A DNA stretch of 64,000 nucleotides from Rhodoluna sp. GTDB lineage: Bacteria > Actinomycetota > Actinomycetes > Actinomycetales > Microbacteriaceae. The position numbers were made by a program, and so were the translations under genes. The DNA lies in contig DAIMLM010000002.1 of assembly GCA_036721215.1 (NCBI GenBank), positions 143,699-207,698 on the forward strand, written 5' to 3'. Positions 58,590 through 64,000 of the stretch are shown here, piece by piece (the stretch's first letter is position 1; every line of letters starts with the position of its first letter). The notes under the pieces were generated by a model. The model did no database searches. It saw only the letters and a list, made by a program, of their open reading frames with translations, and was not told the DNA's origin.

Positions 58590-59492
58590 TTAGACCAGCT
58601 GAGGTACCGGGCCAGGTTCGCTACCCAAAGCTATGGGTGCCCGAACTAGAGAACCCCACTCGCTCCAAGAGCCGTCGTAGTTTCTAACGGTTTCAATGCC
58701 AAGAAGGTACTTCAACACAAACCAGGTGTGGGATGAACGCTCGCCGATTCTGCAATAGGCGATTACATCTGAGTGACCCGCTAGCTTGGCACCCTTGAGG
58801 TAAACCTCTTCTAATCCAGCAAGATCTTTGAAGCTCTGATCTTCGTTGCAAGCTTTAGACCACGGCACAGACGCTGCGGTAGGGATATGTCCTGCGCGAG
58901 TGGCTCCCTCATCAGGGTAGCCAGGAGCAGTGAGGCGATCACCGGCATATTCTTCTGGGGAACGAACGTCAATTAGTGGTTTCCCAAAGTGTGAAACAAC
59001 ATCGTCGCGGAAAGCGCGTAGTTTCTTATCATCTCTTTCGATAATCGGATAGTTAGAAGGCGTTGGCTTCGGCTCATCTTTAGTTAGCTCCCTACCTTCA
59101 GCAATCCACTTGTCTCTTCCGCCATCCAGAAGTCGAACGTCTTCATGGCCAAAAAGCTTGAACACCCAAAGGGCGTAGGCTGCCCACCAGTTACTTTTGT
59201 CTCCATACAAAACGATGGTGTCTTCACGGTTGATTCCAAGTCTTGAAAAGACCCTAGAAAAGCCCGCTCCGTCGATGTAATCGCGGGTAACTTGATCGTT
59301 GAGGTCGGTGTGCCAGTCGATTTTTAGGGCAGTTGGGATGTGTCCGGTTTGGTAAAGCAAGACGTCCTCGTCGGACTCAAGTAATACAAGTCCAGGCTTT
59401 CCAAGGTTCTCTTCTAGCCACTTGGTGCTCACAAGAGCCGATGGGTCTGCGTACTGTCTAAACTTGTCGGAACTGTCAATGTCGATTGGCAA
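58590..59492 (-). CDS. sseA: Thiosulfate/3-mercaptopyruvate sulfurtransferase (tandem rhodanese)
   Basis: Near-colinear with recalled mycobacterial CysA/SseA, with the active-site loop YCRIGERSSHTW. I prefer TTG 59492, which has AAGGAG 6 nt upstream, over the track GTG at 59531. Confidence 0.88.
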   Translation of the reverse strand: MPIDIDSSDKFRQYADPSALVSTKWLEENLGKPGLVLLESDEDVLLYQTGHIPTALKIDWHTDLNDQVTRDYIDGAGFSRVFSRLGINREDTIVLYGDKSNWWAAYALWVFKLFGHEDVRLLDGGRDKWIAEGRELTKDEPKPTPSNYPIIERDDKKLRAFRDDVVSHFGKPLIDVRSPEEYAGDRLTAPGYPDEGATRAGHIPTAASVPWSKACNEDQSFKDLAGLEEVYLKGAKLAGHSDVIAYCRIGERSSHTWFVLKYLLGIETVRNYDGSWSEWGSLVRAPIALGSEPGPVPQLV

Positions 59493-59540
59493 AGTTATCT
59501 CCTTGTAGAATTGGGGATTCAACTGATCCACATGTAGGCG

Positions 59541-60563
59541 GTGCTATTGTCAACCAATTCAGGAACAATTTGTTCCCTGGTTGAAATCCAGCCCAACCCC
59601 ACTCTTGGGGAGGTTCTAGACCAGCTTGTTCCTCCAAGAGAGTTTACCAAGGCCCGCTTCGATAACTATCTTCCAAATTCGAGCTTCCCATCTCAGGCAC
59701 TGGCTCTTGGCTCAGCCAGGGCTTTCGTAAAGCCAGGGGTTATAAAGTCACTGTTCTCGAAGGGGAAAGCCCCTACCTACTCGGGCATTTACCTTGATGG
59801 CGGTTTCGGTGTTGGTAAGACTCATTTGCTTGCAGCAATCTGGCATGAGTTCACCGGGAAGAAAGCCTTTGGAAGCTTCCTTGCCTACACCAGCCTCATT
59901 GGATTACTAGGTTTCGCAGATGCACTAAAGCACCTGAGCCAGTATCAATTAATTTGCATTGATGAGTTTGAGCTTGATGACCCAGGCGACACTATGTTGA
60001 TGTCCAGGTTGCTTTCAGAACTAGGGGCCAAAGGAATTAGATTTGCCGCCACCTCTAACACCCCGCCAAATGCACTGGGGGAGGGAAGATTTGCGGCAAG
60101 GGATTTTGCTAGGGAAATATCTGCCATGGCCGACAGATTCCAAATTGTGAGCGTTGATGGCGATGATTATCGCCATCGGCCAATCGATGGCCACACCGCT
60201 GCCTTGTCTGATTCAGAGATGGAGAAACTGGCCACAGACTCACTTGCCACGGGTAAAAACGTATCTCGTGACGACTTTTCCAAATTGCTTCAGCACCTAG
60301 CTAAGGTTCATCCTTCAAAGTTTCTAAAGCTAATCGAGTCAATCGACGTTTTGATTTTGACTTCCGCCCACAAGCTAACGGACCAGTCCGCTGCGCTTAG
60401 ATTCGTTTCATTCGTAGACAGGCTTTATGAGTCAAGGATTGCGATTGCTTCAACCGGCATTGGTTTAACAGAAGTGTTCTCTGATGAGCACATTGCCGGC
60501 GGTTACCGAAAAAAGTACCTTAGGGCTATTTCGCGGATCGGGTCTTTGACCGAGCTGGCTTAG
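59541..60563 (+). CDS. zapE: ZapE / AFG1-family ATPase
   Basis: Walker A GGFGVGKTHLL and Walker B LICIDEFELDD. GTG start. Confidence 0.85.
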   Translation: MLLSTNSGTICSLVEIQPNPTLGEVLDQLVPPREFTKARFDNYLPNSSFPSQALALGSARAFVKPGVIKSLFSKGKAPTYSGIYLDGGFGVGKTHLLAAIWHEFTGKKAFGSFLAYTSLIGLLGFADALKHLSQYQLICIDEFELDDPGDTMLMSRLLSELGAKGIRFAATSNTPPNALGEGRFAARDFAREISAMADRFQIVSVDGDDYRHRPIDGHTAALSDSEMEKLATDSLATGKNVSRDDFSKLLQHLAKVHPSKFLKLIESIDVLILTSAHKLTDQSAALRFVSFVDRLYESRIAIASTGIGLTEVFSDEHIAGGYRKKYLRAISRIGSLTELA

Positions 60564-61689
60564 CTTTCTTTTTCTTTTTCGATAGGTGCCATCTGCCTCG
60601 AAACCACAAGGCCGCTCCACCCAGCGACATTGCAACAAACGAGCCAAGCAAAACACCAAGAGTTGCCTGAGCATAGAGCTCTCGATCATCAATGAATGCC
60701 AGATGCGCAATCAGAAGTGAAACCGTGAACCCAATTCCAGCCAAAAGACCTAGCGGGATGAAATCAAGCACTGTTAATGGAAGACGATCTTTTGGTGCTA
60801 GAAGCCTGTTTGCGATAACCGCAGCTATAGAAATTCCAACGACTTTACCAACGGCAAGACCAAAGAAGATTCCAAAGAAAACCGGTTGCGAATCGCCAGC
60901 CATTGTCGGCATTACAACAGCAACTGCCGTGAATGCAAAGATTGGAAGAATGAAGAAATTAGTTGCTGGTTGAACCTTGTTCATTACAGTGTGTGCTCTG
61001 ACAGCGGGAATCAAGATTCCTAAGATCACACCGGCAACTGTTGCGTGAACGCCGCTTTGATAGATCGTGTACCAAAGGACTGATCCAAAGATCGCCCTTA
61101 CAAGCCACTTGTTTGCAAACTTTGAAGTCTCTGCAAACCTAAAAGCAGTAGCAACCACTGCGCTAGCTACCAGCCAGGCTGGTTCCAGCTTTGTGGTGTA
61201 GAAAACCGCAATGATGCTAATCGCAATGAGGTCATCAAAAATTGCCAACGCTAGAAGAAAAATGCGCGCTGCGGGAGGCATGCCTCTTCCAAAAATCGCG
61301 AGAACTCCAAGGGCAAATGCGATGTCAGTCGCGGCCGGGATGGGCCACCCGATGATCCCATCGGTGCCCCAGTTTAGATAAGCGTAGATCGCCGAAGGAA
61401 CGATGACTCCCGCCGAGGCCGCAATAACGGGAACCATGGCTTTCTTGGGAGAGGACAGGGCTCCACTTTTAAGCTCGTACTTGAGCTCCAACCCCGCGGC
61501 GAAGAAGAACACAGCCAGAAAAAGGTCAGAAATGATGTGCCCGACGGTGATCTTGATGCCGATTGGTTCCAGATTTAGCGTGGCGGCGATTAGGTCAAGA
61601 AGCGGCCCGCCGAAAGGGGAGTTTGCTAAAACTAGCCCAAGCATCGCTGCTGTCATCATGATCATGGCAGCGTTGCGTTCGGATTTCAT
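60526..61689 (-). CDS. nhaA: Na+/H+ antiporter NhaA
   Basis: Polytopic, with the conserved LALAIFDDLIAI (DD motif) and a Lys-rich C-terminal tail. Its 3' end overlaps the zapE 3' end by 38 nt. Confidence 0.88.
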   Translation of the reverse strand: MKSERNAAMIMMTAAMLGLVLANSPFGGPLLDLIAATLNLEPIGIKITVGHIISDLFLAVFFFAAGLELKYELKSGALSSPKKAMVPVIAASAGVIVPSAIYAYLNWGTDGIIGWPIPAATDIAFALGVLAIFGRGMPPAARIFLLALAIFDDLIAISIIAVFYTTKLEPAWLVASAVVATAFRFAETSKFANKWLVRAIFGSVLWYTIYQSGVHATVAGVILGILIPAVRAHTVMNKVQPATNFFILPIFAFTAVAVVMPTMAGDSQPVFFGIFFGLAVGKVVGISIAAVIANRLLAPKDRLPLTVLDFIPLGLLAGIGFTVSLLIAHLAFIDDRELYAQATLGVLLGSFVAMSLGGAALWFRGRWHLSKKKKKAKPARSKTRSAK

Positions 61690-61711
61690 AGCTCAAAAAT
61701 ACCGTATTTAC

Positions 61712-61780
61712 GAAACAAGATGTTCATCCGAGATTGAAGTTCGAAACATTCTGGAAATCCAATATGCAACTATTTGAAAC
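61712..61780 (+). promoter_or_regulatory. GAAAC-repeat region upstream of amt (possible GlnR-type site)
   Basis: GAAAC occurs at 61712, 61743 and 61776 (31 and 33 nt apart). GCAAC-N5-GAAAC is at 61766-61780. CGAAACATTC (61742-61751) is identical to the 10-mer upstream of glnA1. Confidence 0.35.
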
Positions 61781-61840
61781 CTTATGCCTCCATCATCTAG
61801 CTAATAGTTTGCACTCACGCTCTTTCGAGAAAGGCTCCCA

Positions 61841-63100
61841 GTGGATCAAGGAAATACCGCATTCGTTCTGTTCTCAGCTGCATTAGTTCTATTAATGACT
61901 CCAGGACTTGCTTTCTTCTATGGCGGGCTCGTGAAGGCAAAATCAGTGGTGAGCATGATCATGCTCTCTTTCGGCTCACTTGCTCTGATATCCGTTTTAT
62001 GGGTGCTCTATGGTTACGCGATTACCTTTGCAGATGTTGGGGACACTGGCTGGATAGGTATTCCACACATCATAGGAATCGACACCAGCTCGCTTGGACT
62101 CAGTGCTCAAGTTGCAGAATCAGCCAACCCGGTTGGCGCTTTTCCGGAACTTGCATTCGTTAGCTTCCAGGCAACGTTTGCAATCATTACAGTCGCCCTG
62201 ATTTCGGGTGCGATTGCCGACCGAGCAAAGTTTGGAGCTTGGATGGTGTTCGCGGGTCTTTGGGCAACATTGGTCTATTTCCCAGTTGCTGGCTGGGTAT
62301 TTAACTTCTCTCCTGAAGATGACGGGGGCTGGATTGTAGACAAGCTGGGCGCGATTGATTTTGCTGGCGGAACTGCTGTTCACATAAACGCCGGTGCTGC
62401 AGCTTTGGCGCTAGCCATTGTTTTGGGAAAGCGCTTTGGTTTTTCTAGGGGGATAACGCAGCCTCACAACGTTCCGCTGACCCTGATTGGCGCCTCACTG
62501 CTTTGGTTTGGTTGGTTTGGCTTTAATGCCGGATCGCAGTTGGCAGCAGACGGTATTGCGTCACTAGTTGTTATCAACACCATTGCCGCCCCAGCAGCGG
62601 CGATGCTCGGCTGGATTTCAATCGAGAAAATTCGTCACGGTAAAGGAACATCGATTGGAGCCGCCTCTGGTGCGATTGCCGGCTTGGTTGCAATCACCCC
62701 GGCCTGTGCTTCGATTGATCCGGTTTGGGCAATAGTGCTGGGCTTGGTTGCTGGATCGCTTTGCGCTCTGGCAGTTGATTTGAAGTTTAGATTCGGCTTC
62801 GATGATTCGCTTGACGTTGTGGGAATCCATTTAGTCGGAGGTGTCATTGGAACACTGTTTATTGGTTTGGTTGGCGTTGATGTTGGATTGTTCTTTGGAT
62901 TCGGCTTTGATCAACTGATTGCTCAAACAATAGGTGCAGCCGCAGTCTTTGGCTACAGTTTCGTGATGGCCCTCGCCATTGGATTCGCAATCGAGAAAAC
63001 GATGGGCTTCCGGGTCCAAGCCGATGCAGAGCTAGCCGGAATAGACACTTCAGTCCATGGTGAAGAGGCTTATTCGTTTGGAAGCGACCGCCAGAACTAG
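61841..63100 (+). CDS. amt: Ammonium transporter
   Basis: Amt signatures MTPGLAFFYGG, DFAGGTAVHINAG, WFGWFGFNAGS and VHLVGG. GTG start with GAAAGG upstream. Confidence 0.92.
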   Translation: MDQGNTAFVLFSAALVLLMTPGLAFFYGGLVKAKSVVSMIMLSFGSLALISVLWVLYGYAITFADVGDTGWIGIPHIIGIDTSSLGLSAQVAESANPVGAFPELAFVSFQATFAIITVALISGAIADRAKFGAWMVFAGLWATLVYFPVAGWVFNFSPEDDGGWIVDKLGAIDFAGGTAVHINAGAAALALAIVLGKRFGFSRGITQPHNVPLTLIGASLLWFGWFGFNAGSQLAADGIASLVVINTIAAPAAAMLGWISIEKIRHGKGTSIGAASGAIAGLVAITPACASIDPVWAIVLGLVAGSLCALAVDLKFRFGFDDSLDVVGIHLVGGVIGTLFIGLVGVDVGLFFGFGFDQLIAQTIGAAAVFGYSFVMALAIGFAIEKTMGFRVQADAELAGIDTSVHGEEAYSFGSDRQN

Positions 63101-63106
63101 CTAGTT

Positions 63107-63138
63107 GATGCGTGCCCTTTAGAGTCAAGGCTCGCATC
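63107..63138 (+). terminator. Hairpin after amt (possible I-shaped terminator, no U-tract)
   Basis: GATGCGTGCC / GGCTCGCATC forms a 10-bp stem with one mismatch and a 12-nt loop. It is followed by GGGGCT, so there is no T run. Confidence 0.3.
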
Positions 63139-63197
63139 GGGGCTACTGGCAGCTAGCTTAGATTTGGGTTAGAGTAGCCAAGCAACCTAGGTTGCAC

Positions 63198-63269
63198 GCG
63201 GATGTGGCTCAGTGGTAGAGCATCACCTTGCCAAGGTGAGGGTCGCGAGTTCGAATCTCGTCATCCGCT
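63198..63269 (+). tRNA. tRNA-Gly (GCC)
   Basis: Acceptor GCGGATG/CATCCGC, anticodon stem-loop TCACC-TTGCCAA-GGTGA, T arm GCGAG-TTCGAAT-CTCGT. Confidence 0.9.
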
Positions 63270-63293
63270 CGCAGTGGCCATGAGCTACGCATC

Positions 63294-63364
63294 GGTGGAG
63301 TGGCCGAGAGGCTAGGCAGCGGCCTGCAAAGCCGTCTACACGGGTTCGAATCCCGTCTTCACCT
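63294..63364 (+). tRNA. tRNA-Cys (GCA)
   Basis: Acceptor GGTGGAG/CTTCACC (one G-U), anticodon loop CTGCAAA, T arm ACGGG-TTCGAAT-CCCGT. Confidence 0.88.
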
Positions 63365-63374
63365 CGAATTACCC

Positions 63375-63446
63375 GGGCGATTGGCGCAGTGGTAGCGCGC
63401 TTCCCTGACACGGAAGAGGTCACTGGTTCGAACCCAGTATCGCCCA
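63375..63446 (+). tRNA. tRNA-Val (GAC)
   Basis: Acceptor GGGCGAT/ATCGCCC, anticodon stem-loop CTTCC-CTGACAC-GGAAG, T arm ACTGG-TTCGAAC-CCAGT. Confidence 0.9.
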
Positions 63447-63481
63447 CGAGAATGTATCGAGGTTTCAAAGAAGGAAAGTAA

Positions 63482-64000
63482 GTGCCAACAACTAGGCAGT
63501 ACGACTTGATCCTCGTGGGTGGCGGAATCATGAGCGCCACTTTGGCCGTGTTACTTCGTCAGGCAAATCCAGATCTAGAAATGATTGTTTTGGAGCGCCT
63601 AGACAAAGTCTCCATGGAATCATCAAACGCTTGGAACAACGCAGGCACGGGACACGCAGCACTTTGCGAACTCAACTACATGCCAGATGACCCAAGTGGT
63701 AATCTTCCATCTGCAGAAAAAGCAATATCCATAAACCAGCAATTCCAGGAGTCCAGGGAATTCTGGTCAAGCTTGGTTAAAGATGGTGTCCTTGGTGAGC
63801 CAGAAACATTCATTCATTCAGTTCCGCACATGACATTTGTTCAGGGCGCTAAGGACGTTAGCTACCTCGAGCGTCGATTCAAAGCCCTAAAAGACCAACC
63901 TCTGTTTGCCGGAATTGAGTTCTCCAAAGACTTTGAAAAGATTGCTAAGTGGGCACCAATCATGATCGAGGGCCGTCCGTCATCTGAAATTGCCGCGACC
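63482..64000 (+). CDS. mqo: Malate:quinone oxidoreductase, 3'-truncated by the window edge
   Basis: Not in the ORF track because no stop is reached. GTG 63482 has GAAGGAAAG upstream. The translation reads VPTTRQYDLILVGGGIMSATLAVLL...ESSNAWNNAGTGHAALCELNYMP, the FAD site and hallmark Mqo motif. Confidence 0.85.
   Translation, partial: MPTTRQYDLILVGGGIMSATLAVLLRQANPDLEMIVLERLDKVSMESSNAWNNAGTGHAALCELNYMPDDPSGNLPSAEKAISINQQFQESREFWSSLVKDGVLGEPETFIHSVPHMTFVQGAKDVSYLERRFKALKDQPLFAGIEFSKDFEKIAKWAPIMIEGRPSSEIAAT

Noticed and set aside
1-64000. I scanned for CRISPR arrays, IS elements, toxin-antitoxin pairs, restriction-modification or other defence gene signatures, and riboswitch-sized leaders.
   Set aside because: No regularly spaced direct repeats, transposase or nuclease motifs were seen. 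All intergenic regions are at most ~250 bp and most are under 60 bp, which is too short for the common riboswitch classes. Only the features listed above stood out.

Overview
This is a roughly 50 % GC, very gene-dense stretch of an actinobacterial chromosome. I count about 60 protein genes, 5 tRNAs and RNase P RNA. Most spacers are under 60 bp and there are many 4-nt start/stop overlaps. Gene content and order follow conserved actinobacterial core blocks: a GT4/UbiA pair; murT-gatD-like; tdk; DUF3145 and the fabD-fabH-acpP-kasA operon with its PucR regulator and aceE; ahpE; Nif3/zinc-ribbon/RNase H-phosphatase plus rnpB; ppgK, map, panB, nadE; glnA2-glnE-glnA1; DUF4191-lipA-lipB; sucB-lpd-pepA; PAC2; rpoD; topo IV parE/parC; sepH; DUF4193/DUF3093/dut/DUF3710/DUF3159; acn; dxs; rnd; a sufE-rhodanese operon; zapE; nhaA; amt; tRNA Gly-Cys-Val; mqo. 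The moderate GC and compaction suggest a streamlined (Microbacteriaceae-like) actinobacterium, but that is inference only. The only clearly accessory DNA is a 1.9-kb GC-rich islet (one lipoprotein gene) bracketed by a perfect 44-nt direct repeat of a tRNA(CAT) 3' half, with no integrase. The most unusual core feature is a MurT-like ligase translationally coupled to a GatD-like partner that has lost the glutaminase Cys and His. I saw no CRISPR array, transposase, integrase, toxin-antitoxin or recognisable defence genes. All calls come from reading motifs by eye and from recalled family knowledge. No searches were run.
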